Source of the DNA: Candidatus Poribacteria bacterium
GTDB taxonomy: Bacteria; Poribacteria; WGA-4E; PCPOR2b
Length of the DNA stretch: 64,000 nucleotides
Assembly: GCA_021295755.1 (NCBI GenBank)
Contig: JAGWBT010000001.1
Span: forward strand, 2,349-66,348
Reading direction: 5' to 3'
Translations under genes and position numbers: made by a program
The notes under the pieces: model-generated
What the model saw: the letters and a program-made list of their open reading frames with translations, nothing else
Told to the model about the DNA's origin: nothing
The model's database searches: none
Shown here: one piece after another, positions 36,330-45,842 of the stretch
Numbering within the stretch: position 1 is the stretch's first letter
Layout of the letters: each line of letters starts with the position of its first letter

Positions 36330-38561
36330 TTACGCCTTGACTGCAATAATCTCTGAAGTCTGCTGCTGCAGCTGCACCAATTCGTAAAAAATTCCCCTCT
36401 TCTCCATCAGCTCATTATGTGTTCCCACCTCAACAATGCGACCTCCTTCAAGTATGACCAGCCGATCCGCATTCCGCAGCGTGGATAGGCGATGGGCGAT
36501 GGCGAAGGTGGTGCGTCCTTCAGTCAGTCGGGCGATGGCGTCCTGAATGTGCTGCTCCGTCTCGACATCCACGGACGAAGTTGCTTCATCAAGGATCAGA
36601 ATTTTGGGGTCGTGGAGAATCGCGCGAGCGATAGCAAGACGCTGTTTCTCTCCACCCGATAGCTCGCCGCCACGTTCCCCGACTTGGCTGTCATAGCCAT
36701 CGGACTTGGCAACGATGAAGCTGTGAGCATTCGCTGCGATAGCCGCGTCCATAATCTCTTCAAAGCTAGCGCCGGGTTTGCCATAGCTAATATTCTCTGC
36801 AACAGTACCGCTGAACAAGAATGGTTCCTGCGGCACGATGCCGATTTGACTCCGCAAATCCTCAAGGCGGATCTTCTGGATTGGCACACCATCAACCTCA
36901 ATTATGCCTTGATCTACATCGTAGAACCGACAGATCAGGTTTACAGTAGTCGTCTTGCCGACCCCCGATCTACCCACAAGCCCGACCATCTCACCGGGTA
37001 CAACATCAAGGTTAATCTCATGGAGTACAGGTTTACTCTTATCGTAACCAAACGTGACATCTGTGAACCTAACATGACCCTTGATGTTGGATATTGAGCG
37101 TGCAGTGGGGTCTTTGTATGCTTCAGCTGGTGTGTCGATGACCTCAAAAATGCGTTCTGCACCCGCAAATGCGCGTGTCATCCAACTGTTTACTTCTCCA
37201 AACCACTCTATCGAATCATAGAGCATCCACATGTAGGCATAGAACGTCAACAGTGTCCCTAATGTCAGTGTATCTCTGATTACCTCGCGTCCGCCGAGAA
37301 GCCACACAATCAGTATCCCAAAACTAGTCAAGAGGGTTGTCGTGGCGAAGAAAATCTCCCAGTTAATCTCCGTCCGAATGGCGAGTTGCCGGATTTTCTT
37401 ATTTCTCACTCCAAATGAGACTATTTCTTTTGCCTCCTGGGCGAAGGCCTTTACCACACGGATACCGGATAATACTTCACTCACCGTTGTCATAAGATCT
37501 GACCAAGCCTGATCCCATTTGTTGAAGTAAAGCCGCATCCGTTTCCAGAACATAACGCCCCAGCCCATCATAAACGGGATAGGTATTAAGACAAGCAGCG
37601 CCAACAGCCAATGCATCCAAAACAAGACACCTAATATGCCGACAACCGTCAATGCGCTTATGATCAAGTAGGGTAGTCCCTCCACCAGAAATTCCTGCAA
37701 CCTGCCTGCGTCTCTCGTCACGCGGGACATCACCGCGCCAACCTGCCGCCGGTCGTAGAATTGAAGCGAAAGCAATTCAAGTTGCTGATAAAGCCGGTTT
37801 CGGATATCAGCGGTGATACGCGCCCCCAACCAACTGACCGTCCAACCGTGTGCCCATTGCAGTCCCCAGTTTACCACGCGTATACCAACCAAACCGAGGA
37901 CTAATAAACCGAGTAGGGTTAGCCGTTCAGACATAGTATTGGTGTTGCCCTCTTTTGGCACTAGGACACTATCTACTATTTCTCGAGTCAGCATTGGGGG
38001 AACCACGGTTGTACCCATCTCCATCAGGGAAACAATTGCTAGCAGGATAGCATGCCCTCTGTAAGGCTTTAGATAACTAGCAATCCGCTGCAACGTGGCA
38101 AGCCGCCGGATACAGTTAGGACAGATTCCGTTCTTTTCAGGGAGAAGCCTACCACACTCTCCGCATCGTGTGCGCTCAAGTTGTGGGTTGATTAAGAATG
38201 GTTCTTCCTTACGAAGCTGCTCAAGTCCTCGGGCGACCTCAGAAAACTTTTCCGCGAGAGAACTAGAATAAGGAACTATGATGGTTGGTTTACCCTTCCG
38301 TTCAATACTGAGGTGCCCTCCACCAACTAAGGCTTCGGTTTGCACAAGAATCAACTCTTGAATCGGCACCTCGATGACGCCGTCAACCCTCGCCGTTGGG
38401 ACAATCAGGAGACGTTTATCCGTAACAACCACCCACTGTTCCCCAAACCTTCCTTCCTGATTCAGGTCAGTGGATACACGGATAAGCTCCTCCTCTCCCG
38501 TGGGGAGTAGCTCTCGCGTTTTTGTTCTAATCGAATGTGGCATTGATTCAAGTAATTTCAT
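36330..38561 (-). CDS. ABC exporter (fused TMD-NBD) with unusual about-170-aa N-terminal cytoplasmic extension
   Basis: Walker A (GRSGVGKTT), ABC signature (LSGGEKQRLAIARA), Walker B (ILILDEATS), six-TM exporter domain. N-terminal region has a bPH-like segment and a CxxC...CPNC zinc-ribbon. Confidence 0.9.
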   Translation of the reverse strand: MKLLESMPHSIRTKTRELLPTGEEELIRVSTDLNQEGRFGEQWVVVTDKRLLIVPTARVDGVIEVPIQELILVQTEALVGGGHLSIERKGKPTIIVPYSSSLAEKFSEVARGLEQLRKEEPFLINPQLERTRCGECGRLLPEKNGICPNCIRRLATLQRIASYLKPYRGHAILLAIVSLMEMGTTVVPPMLTREIVDSVLVPKEGNTNTMSERLTLLGLLVLGLVGIRVVNWGLQWAHGWTVSWLGARITADIRNRLYQQLELLSLQFYDRRQVGAVMSRVTRDAGRLQEFLVEGLPYLIISALTVVGILGVLFWMHWLLALLVLIPIPFMMGWGVMFWKRMRLYFNKWDQAWSDLMTTVSEVLSGIRVVKAFAQEAKEIVSFGVRNKKIRQLAIRTEINWEIFFATTTLLTSFGILIVWLLGGREVIRDTLTLGTLLTFYAYMWMLYDSIEWFGEVNSWMTRAFAGAERIFEVIDTPAEAYKDPTARSISNIKGHVRFTDVTFGYDKSKPVLHEINLDVVPGEMVGLVGRSGVGKTTTVNLICRFYDVDQGIIEVDGVPIQKIRLEDLRSQIGIVPQEPFLFSGTVAENISYGKPGASFEEIMDAAIAANAHSFIVAKSDGYDSQVGERGGELSGGEKQRLAIARAILHDPKILILDEATSSVDVETEQHIQDAIARLTEGRTTFAIAHRLSTLRNADRLVILEGGRIVEVGTHNELMEKRGIFYELVQLQQQTSEIIAVKA

Positions 38562-38747
38562 TTTTTAACGCTACAGCAATCGTAGTTTTGGATAGATAAC
38601 ACAACCTTACTTAATCCGCGACTACCAGATTTCTTCAACCAAAACGAATGAGTGCTTTCGTGGATTGACCGGCGGCCCCTCCTTAAATTATACCATTTCC
38701 GAGTCCCGTTATGTGCGATAAATTTGGCTGATGCTTGTTCGTTCCTT

Positions 38748-38776
38748 TTGCTTTGTAAAATGGGTCGTGATATAAT
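38748..38776 (+). promoter_or_regulatory. sigma70-type promoter upstream of ribD
   Basis: TTGCTT (38748-38753), 17 nt, TATAAT (38771-38776). Confidence 0.4.
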
Positions 38777-38884
38777 GTATGAATTAATGAACCCCGGTGG
38801 CGATCCTACGGTACCAGCCGAAGATTGGTAGAGACCTCCATGCCTAACCACAGCCAATGGTCAACAACAGATCGAAAATTTATG

Positions 38885-39958
38885 GAACACGCCTTAGCGT
38901 TAGCATCGAAGGCAAGTGGACGCACCAGTCCGAATCCGCTGGTCGGTGCAGTGATTGTCAGGGATGGTCAAATCGTTGGCGAAGGTTATCACCAAAGAGC
39001 AGGAGATGCTCACGCAGAGATTCATGCACTGAACCAAGCCCAAAACCTTGCGGAGGGCGCGACGATGTACGTGACGCTTGAGCCGTGTTGTCATTGGGGA
39101 CGGACGCCGCCCTGCACCGAGTCGCTCATTCGGGCGAAGCTAGCCAATGTGTGCGTTTCGATGAAAGATCCGAACCCACAGGTTGCTGGCAAGGGATTAC
39201 GTCAACTTGAGGAAGCGGGAATACGTGTTCGGGTGGGCATCTGTGAGGAGGAATCACAGCAACTTAATGAAGTCTTCATCAAGTACATCACGACCCAGTG
39301 CCCCTTTGTTATTCTCAAATCCGCAATCAGCCTAGACGGAAAGATTGCCACCGCTTCAGCCGAATCGCAGTGGATTACCTCAGAAGCATCGCGTTCAAAA
39401 GGGCATGAGGTTCGTGCAGAGGTTGACGCGATTCTCGTCGGTGTTGGGACCGTGCTGCAGGATAACCCATCGCTGACCACGCGCCTACCCGACAGAACGA
39501 ACGCGGACCCTATCCGTGTTATTGTTGACTCACGTGGTCGCACGCCGCCGGGAGCAAAAGTGTTTAATCCAAATAGTAATGCGGGCACACTAATCGCCGT
39601 CACAAAAAACGCACCCCAAGAAAAAATTGAAGCCTTGAAATCCGCAGGTGCCGATGTTCTCATCATCGAAGAGCAGGAAGGACGAGTCTGTTTGAGGGCA
39701 TTGATGCGAGAACTTGGTCGAAAGCAAATCACAAGTGTGCTGATTGAAGGTGGGGGAGAAGTCAATGCCGCTGCCCTACAAGCAGGAGTCGTTGATAAAC
39801 TGATGTTCTTTGTTGCGCCAAAACTCATAGGTGGTAACGATGCACCGGGTCCCATTGGGGGTGCAGGCATCGCTCGTTTGGCAGAGGCTTTTGAACTCCG
39901 TAGCGTCAAAACCTCCCACATCGGGGCAGATCTTCTGATTGAAGGATATTTGTCGTAG
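38885..39958 (+). CDS. ribD: bifunctional diaminohydroxyphosphoribosylaminopyrimidine deaminase / 5-amino-6-(5-phosphoribosylamino)uracil reductase
   Basis: CMP/dCMP deaminase zinc motifs (HAEIHAL ... PCCHWGRTPPC) followed by a RibD C-terminal reductase domain. Start taken at MEHALALA; the track ORF begins at 38825. Confidence 0.9.
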   Translation, partial: EHALALASKASGRTSPNPLVGAVIVRDGQIVGEGYHQRAGDAHAEIHALNQAQNLAEGATMYVTLEPCCHWGRTPPCTESLIRAKLANVCVSMKDPNPQVAGKGLRQLEEAGIRVRVGICEEESQQLNEVFIKYITTQCPFVILKSAISLDGKIATASAESQWITSEASRSKGHEVRAEVDAILVGVGTVLQDNPSLTTRLPDRTNADPIRVIVDSRGRTPPGAKVFNPNSNAGTLIAVTKNAPQEKIEALKSAGADVLIIEEQEGRVCLRALMRELGRKQITSVLIEGGGEVNAAALQAGVVDKLMFFVAPKLIGGNDAPGPIGGAGIARLAEAFELRSVKTSHIGADLLIEGYLS

Positions 39959-39982
39959 TGTTTCTGCAAGGGAAAAGAGTTA

Positions 39983-40408
39983 ATGGAAAGATACGAATAT
40001 CTAGAGCATACCGGCGATATCGGGATCCGCGCTTATGGAGGCACACTGGAGGAACTATTCATCAACGCAGCGCAAGGACTACTTGAATCTATCGCAGATC
40101 TTAGCACGGTCGGAACAACAAAACAGACGCAGATTGAGGTATTCGCAGAATCCCTTGAAGAACTGATGGTAGCGTGGCTAGATGAGTTAAATTTTCGGCA
40201 TGAGGTCGAAGAGATTTTCTTTCGGCAGGTTGAGATTCGGCAAATTTCCGAAGCCCCGTACAGGTTGGTGGCAGTTGCCTATGGCGAACCCGTGGATTTT
40301 GCGAAGCACGTCGTCTATACAGAGATCAAGAGTATTACCTATCATCAGCTAATCGTCGAGCAACTCCCGGATGATCGGTGGATGGCTCAAGTCATTTTCG
40401 ATCTGTAG
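39983..40408 (+). CDS. archease
   Basis: 141 aa. MERYEYLEHTGDIGIRAYGGTLEELFINAAQGL matches the archease N-terminal signature (Y.Y..HT.D.G......LEELF..AA.). Confidence 0.8.
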   Translation: MERYEYLEHTGDIGIRAYGGTLEELFINAAQGLLESIADLSTVGTTKQTQIEVFAESLEELMVAWLDELNFRHEVEEIFFRQVEIRQISEAPYRLVAVAYGEPVDFAKHVVYTEIKSITYHQLIVEQLPDDRWMAQVIFDL

Positions 40409-40499
40409 TAGTTCGCCTATTTCTCGTCGCAAATTTAGCGGTTGAAAAAGCTTTGTCGCCAATCTTGATCTCATCTATCATACACCTGAACGGACGCTA

Positions 40500-42170
40500 T
40501 CAAACCCGCATCACCACAGGAAGGACCATCGGACGGCGATCTGTTTTCTTCCTGAAGAAACGCCGCAGTACCACCCGAATTTCTTCCTGTACTGTTTCTG
40601 TTTCGCTCTTACTCCCCGGACTTAAGTGGTTGATTGCGTGGATGACAATCTCTTTGGCTTCGTTCATTAAATCCTCGGATTCATCCATGTGGACAAACCC
40701 TCTCGAAACCATGTCCGGCCCCGCGGTAACGTCGCCACTGTTACTGTTGAGAACCACGATCGGAATGACCATGCCATCTTGAGCCAGTTGCTGACGGTCA
40801 TGCACCACGATGTTTTCAACACCCATATCAATCTTCCCATCCACAAGAACTCGCCCTGCCGGCACCTTCCCCTGCACACCACAGAACTCTGGGGTCAAAG
40901 AGATTAAGTCACCATCTTCGGCAACGGTAATATTGGCTGAAGTAATTCCAACGTCCTCTGCAAGTTCTGCGTGTTGCACCAAATTGCTGTATTCACCGTG
41001 TGCTGGAATAAAAAACTTAGGACGAACAAGGTTCATCATCAATTTAAGATCTTCCTGGGCACCGTGTCCTGAAACGTGAATATTGGCATTTCTTTCGTGT
41101 AGGACATGCGCGCCCCGACGCAGCAGGTGATTAATCATGTGACGGACAGATAGCTCGTTGCCTGGGATAATTCTCGCAGAAATCAGAACGGTATCCCCCG
41201 GCTCAATATGTAAAAACGCGTGGTCATCCTTTGCAATGAGTGCCATTCCGGATCTCGGCTCCCCCTGACTACCGGTGCTGAGCACAACAACCTCATGGGG
41301 CGCAAAACGATTGGCTTCACGTGCATCAATCAGGATATTGTGCGGGACATCTAAATATCCCAACTCTGAAGCTGTCCGGATGTTGTTAATCATCGAACGT
41401 CCGGAGACCGCTATTAAACGCCGATGTTCAACCGCGAGGTCTATGAACTGTTGGACGCGATGTAGGCTCGACGAAAAGGTGGCAAGGAAAAGCCCGCCTA
41501 CTGTTCGTTGAAAAACCCCACTCAAGTCGGCATAGATTGAACGTTCGGACGGTGTGAAGCCCGGTCGGTCTGCGTTGGTACTGTCAGAGATGAGCAGTAG
41601 AACACCCTTCTCGCCGAGTGCGGCGAGTTTGTGGACTTCGGTCAGGCGATTATCACCGGGGGTTTGATCGAACTTGAAATCACTGGCATGGACGATGATT
41701 CCGACGGGGGTATGAATGGCGACTGCAACAGTATCAGGGATGCTGTGTGCGACGTGAATAAACTCAAGGTTGAAACAGCCCAGCTGCACCGTATCATCAG
41801 AATCTATCACGTTCAACTGCGCCATTCCCAAGGCGCCATATTCGCGTAGCCTCCCTTTGGCTAGAGCAAGCGTTAATTCAGTACCATAAATGGGTACATT
41901 AATCTGGCGGAGAAAAAAGGCAAGTCCGCCTACATGGTCTTCATGTGCATGGGTGATGATAATACCCTTGATCTTATCTCGGTTCTCACGCAGATATGTG
42001 AGATCTGGAAAAACCAGATCTACGCCGGGCATATCGGCTTCCGGAAACATTAGGCCCGCATCCACGACGACGATATCGTCGTCATACTGGTACACCATCA
42101 TGTTTAAGCCGAACTCCCCTAAACCACCGATGGGAACAATCGACACACCTGCGTCTTGGTTGTCAGACAT
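40500..42170 (-). CDS. rnj: ribonuclease J (metallo-beta-lactamase / beta-CASP family)
   Basis: IVPIGGLGEFGLNMMVY N-terminus, HAHEDH motif, beta-CASP and C-terminal domain. 556 aa. Confidence 0.9.
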   Translation of the reverse strand: MSDNQDAGVSIVPIGGLGEFGLNMMVYQYDDDIVVVDAGLMFPEADMPGVDLVFPDLTYLRENRDKIKGIIITHAHEDHVGGLAFFLRQINVPIYGTELTLALAKGRLREYGALGMAQLNVIDSDDTVQLGCFNLEFIHVAHSIPDTVAVAIHTPVGIIVHASDFKFDQTPGDNRLTEVHKLAALGEKGVLLLISDSTNADRPGFTPSERSIYADLSGVFQRTVGGLFLATFSSSLHRVQQFIDLAVEHRRLIAVSGRSMINNIRTASELGYLDVPHNILIDAREANRFAPHEVVVLSTGSQGEPRSGMALIAKDDHAFLHIEPGDTVLISARIIPGNELSVRHMINHLLRRGAHVLHERNANIHVSGHGAQEDLKLMMNLVRPKFFIPAHGEYSNLVQHAELAEDVGITSANITVAEDGDLISLTPEFCGVQGKVPAGRVLVDGKIDMGVENIVVHDRQQLAQDGMVIPIVVLNSNSGDVTAGPDMVSRGFVHMDESEDLMNEAKEIVIHAINHLSPGSKSETETVQEEIRVVLRRFFRKKTDRRPMVLPVVMRV

Positions 42171-42293
42171 TATATAATTAGATACCTCCAGATCAATTCT
42201 TCAGCAATTCTCGTTCATAATGGCAACTTAGGTGCCTTCGTTATGAATAACTTTGATAACGACGATAATGTTTACCTATAGCGGAAAATTGTA

Positions 42294-43334
42294 TTAGAAA
42301 GCTGCCCTCGTGAATTCTTGATGCCTTTGTCCAGCGGGACCGAAGGTAAACATCATAGATTCAACGTGCCTTTGTACATCATTTATGACTTCGACAATTT
42401 CTTCATAATTCTTAAGAGTTACTAATTTCTCTCGATATGCTTTGACATTTGGTATACCCTTCAGATAGTTCTTATAATGCTTTCTCATCTCTAAAATGCC
42501 ATGCCGCGCTCCCTTCCATTTAATCGAGAGTTCTAGATGCTGTCTTAAGACACCCAATCGCTCTTTGATAGAAGGTGGATCAAGCAGTTGTCCGGTAGAA
42601 AAATAGTGTTTAATCTCTCTGAAAATCCATGGATAACCGATAGCTGCTCGTCCAACCATGATCCCATCAACACCATAGGCTTGACGCATCTTATGTGCCT
42701 TCTGCGGAGAATCTACATCCCCATTCCCAAAAACGGGAATCGTCATACGTGGGTTGTCTTTGATTTCTCCGATTAGTGTCCAGTCCGCACTGCCTTTATA
42801 CATCTGTACGCGGGTTCGCCCATGAATCGTAATCGCTTGGATCCCCACATCTTGTAATCTTTCCGCGACCTCAACGATGTATTGTGTCTTTTCATCCCAA
42901 CCGAGCCGAGTTTTTACAGTGACAGGCAGCGTCGTCGATTTGACTATTTCGCTGGTCATCCTAACCATTTTCGGAACATCCCGCAGTATCCCTGCACCTG
43001 CGCCTTTGCAGGTAATTTTCTTGACAGGGCAGCCGTAATTGATGTCGATTAAATCTGGATTCACATGTTCAGTAATCCCAACCGCTGCTTTCATTGACTC
43101 AACATCACTTCCGAAAATCTGAATGCCTATCGGACGTTCCGATTGAAAGATATCCAGTTTCATGACGCTTTGCCGAGCGTTTCGGATTAGTCCCTCGGAA
43201 GAGATAAATTCCGTGTACATCAGATCCACGCCACTCACCTTGCATACTGCACGAAAGGGCGGATCGCTTACATCTTCCATCGGGGCTAATAACAGCGGAA
43301 ATTTTCCTAACGCTATATCGCCAATTTTCACCAT
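42294..43334 (-). CDS. dus: tRNA-dihydrouridine synthase
   Basis: LAPMEDVSDPPFR...GVDLMYTEFI N-terminus and FMN-binding TIM-barrel motifs (INYGCP, HGRTR) of the Dus family. Confidence 0.9.
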   Translation of the reverse strand: MVKIGDIALGKFPLLLAPMEDVSDPPFRAVCKVSGVDLMYTEFISSEGLIRNARQSVMKLDIFQSERPIGIQIFGSDVESMKAAVGITEHVNPDLIDINYGCPVKKITCKGAGAGILRDVPKMVRMTSEIVKSTTLPVTVKTRLGWDEKTQYIVEVAERLQDVGIQAITIHGRTRVQMYKGSADWTLIGEIKDNPRMTIPVFGNGDVDSPQKAHKMRQAYGVDGIMVGRAAIGYPWIFREIKHYFSTGQLLDPPSIKERLGVLRQHLELSIKWKGARHGILEMRKHYKNYLKGIPNVKAYREKLVTLKNYEEIVEVINDVQRHVESMMFTFGPAGQRHQEFTRAAF

Positions 43335-43575
43335 AACCTGAATCAGCTCCAGTTCATATTAGCCTTACATGGTGGGATTATGCAGGCCTACAAGATCGTC
43401 GAAAAGGAATATGAAATTATAAGGACTTATGAGGCGATTTGTCAAACAGGAAATGAGACACGAGAAAATTTACGGGCAAACCGAATGATGCGGATGTTAA
43501 ACTATAAAAGATTTACGATGATAAGCTTGAAAAAGTTATGCGTGGCATTTAGCCATTCAAGAAAGGAAGCATTGA

Positions 43576-45702
43576 TTGGAAAATAGAGTCGCATATTTCA
43601 TATTTTGTTTATTAGGTATCATATCTCTGTTTATTCTAATTCCTCCATGTACAGCTGCACCACCCAACCCCTATCTCTTCTACAGTTACAATCCTGCTAC
43701 ACACGATTGGATACCTAGGGCACCCACAAGTGAGGATCAATTCCGCAATGCGTTACAGGGCTGCTGTTTTGTTCGTGAACAAAGCGTGCTGCAAGAAGAT
43801 GGCATCGAGTTTGTGCTGGCGATAAAAATCGACTTCTCAGATCAACCCGGTCAACGCCCGGGTGCAGCGTTCAATCAGTACCTCTTTGCGGACGAAGGCG
43901 TTTCGCTGCATACTTACTACAGAGAAGTTTCTTACGGACAGATGGACATACAGCCAGGGCCGATGGGAGGAGTTGTTCCGAAAGGCAATCAATGGATCCG
44001 CGCACAGAAGGCGATGAGTTATTATGGCGAAGGTCAGATCAACGTCAGACGCTCTCAAGAATTAGTTCGTGAAGCGTGTGCAGCGGTAGATGAAATGGTG
44101 GATTTTTCTGCCTATGACCGTGACGGAGACGGTATAGTTGACCACGTTTTTGTTATCCACTCAGGAGATGATCAAGCCTCCACCACCGAGATGAATGATA
44201 TCTGGTCAATTTTGGTGCAGAATGTGAATAGAGAGTTTGATGGCGTATGGGTAAGCACGGCGGTTCTAGTCGGTGAGGAACCTAGTTTCGATAAGCCCCA
44301 TCTGGGTATTTACTTCCACGAGTTTTTCCACGATTTTGGCGCCCCCGATGTGTATGGTGGTAATTTTACCGGTCCCCGTGACCATAAGTGGGGACTGATG
44401 GGGCAGTTTGGCCCCTATCAGGGCGAAATTATTGATGGGATTGGAAATGGATTACAACCGAGCCATATCAGCGGTTACCTAAAATGGGACTTCGATGCGC
44501 GTCCGGAAAACGGACGCGTCGGTTGGATTCAACCTGTAGAGATCAAGGAGAATGTGACTAACCTGTCCATACCTAGTTTTGAGTTGCCGCCACACGACAA
44601 CAAACTCTTCAAAGTCGATATTCCCGACAAAATTAGCGAATTTGGCGATAGTACAGAATTCTTCCTCATTGAGAACCGGCACCGGAAATCGGGAGCGTTG
44701 TTCGACACCCGTTTGCCCGAATCCGGAATTCTCATCTGGCATATTGATGAAACCGACGTACGTCCTTCCGGAGTGGTTGACGCTGCAAGTCAGATTTGGC
44801 TTGAAGACCCGAACGATCCGAGGCATTTTGGTATCCCTCCCGGCGATCCGGATACCATAGATCTTCGCACGGTTACCGATGGTGCGGCGTATTCCGCTGA
44901 CGACAACGAAACATCTTTTACCCCGGCAACCAGTCCTAACAGCAATGCCAATGACGGAACAATCTCGAAAATTTCTATCACGAATATCGGTTTCGAGGGA
45001 CAGGAAATAGCGATCTCTGTTGCGTTTGGAGATACCTATGAGCCAAATGATGCTTTGACCGAGGCTTTTCCCATTGAATTCGACCAGACCTACGAGTCCT
45101 TTATCGCCGATGAAAATGATGTGAGAGATCTCTATCAATTTAATGCGATACCGGGACAGGCAATCGTAGCTACCCTGATTGTTAATTCTGAGACGGTGGA
45201 TTATCAATTCTCTATACTTGATAAAAGTGGTCGGTACATCGCTACCGCAGAGCGGGCTGAAACAACAGAACTACAGGTTATTTTTCAGCCAGAGCAAACT
45301 GATACATATCTCATTTCAGTTGAATCCCTATCTGGCTTCAGCGAAGTAGATTCATATCTCTTGACCGTCAATGCGGTTGAAACGCGATCTGGGCAGCTAA
45401 AATTGGCAAGAGTTCGCGCCTTTCCGAATCCGATGCGCCTAGAGCACAACGAAATAATCTTCTCCTACACAATCCCTGGCTTCCAACTAGCCGAGGAGGC
45501 AGAACTAGAAATCTTCAATGTCGCTGGCGATCTAGTTCACACACAGGTCCGACAGGCGGTGATTGGATCACATCAATTCCGTTGGAATGGCAAAAATGCG
45601 GATAATGAGACACTCGCCACAGGGATTTATATCTTTGTTATCTCCGCAAGCCAGGGTGATGATATAGTACAGCAAATTGGTACAATTGGTTTAGCGAGGT
45701 AA
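43576..45702 (+). CDS. secreted M6-like (immune inhibitor A family) zinc metalloprotease with C-terminal sorting/Ig-like domain
   Basis: Signal peptide; HEFFHDFGAPD zinc motif (HExxHxxGxxD). C-terminal about 80 aa (FPNPMRLEH...GIYIFVI) resembles Por/T9SS-type or FlgD-Ig-like C-terminal domains. TTG start with RBS AAAGGAAG. Confidence 0.8.
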   Translation: MENRVAYFIFCLLGIISLFILIPPCTAAPPNPYLFYSYNPATHDWIPRAPTSEDQFRNALQGCCFVREQSVLQEDGIEFVLAIKIDFSDQPGQRPGAAFNQYLFADEGVSLHTYYREVSYGQMDIQPGPMGGVVPKGNQWIRAQKAMSYYGEGQINVRRSQELVREACAAVDEMVDFSAYDRDGDGIVDHVFVIHSGDDQASTTEMNDIWSILVQNVNREFDGVWVSTAVLVGEEPSFDKPHLGIYFHEFFHDFGAPDVYGGNFTGPRDHKWGLMGQFGPYQGEIIDGIGNGLQPSHISGYLKWDFDARPENGRVGWIQPVEIKENVTNLSIPSFELPPHDNKLFKVDIPDKISEFGDSTEFFLIENRHRKSGALFDTRLPESGILIWHIDETDVRPSGVVDAASQIWLEDPNDPRHFGIPPGDPDTIDLRTVTDGAAYSADDNETSFTPATSPNSNANDGTISKISITNIGFEGQEIAISVAFGDTYEPNDALTEAFPIEFDQTYESFIADENDVRDLYQFNAIPGQAIVATLIVNSETVDYQFSILDKSGRYIATAERAETTELQVIFQPEQTDTYLISVESLSGFSEVDSYLLTVNAVETRSGQLKLARVRAFPNPMRLEHNEIIFSYTIPGFQLAEEAELEIFNVAGDLVHTQVRQAVIGSHQFRWNGKNADNETLATGIYIFVISASQGDDIVQQIGTIGLAR

Positions 45703-45842
45703 AGGTTTACTCCTAGACCACTTTGAGCTGAAGTGATGTGAATGTGCTGATTTTGCTTGGAAAACTTGCCGGTTATATGATAACCTTGAACAAACACTAT
45801 AAGAGATTTCCACAGATATGTAGGCAACCATAAGGAATTCAG

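Noticed and set aside
38825-38884. Upstream extension of ribD (track start 38825)
   Set aside because: The conserved deaminase domain begins at MEHALALA (38885). The 20-aa extension is unconserved in character and sits where the leader or promoter spacing is expected.
43380-43586. 68-aa plus-strand ORF between dus and the metalloprotease
   Set aside because: It has a plausible RBS but no motifs, and it overlaps the protease TTG start region. It cannot be supported without homology or expression data.
44479-45207. 242-aa minus-strand ORF inside the metalloprotease gene
   Set aside because: Antisense to an ORF carrying an intact HExxH zinc motif and signal peptide.
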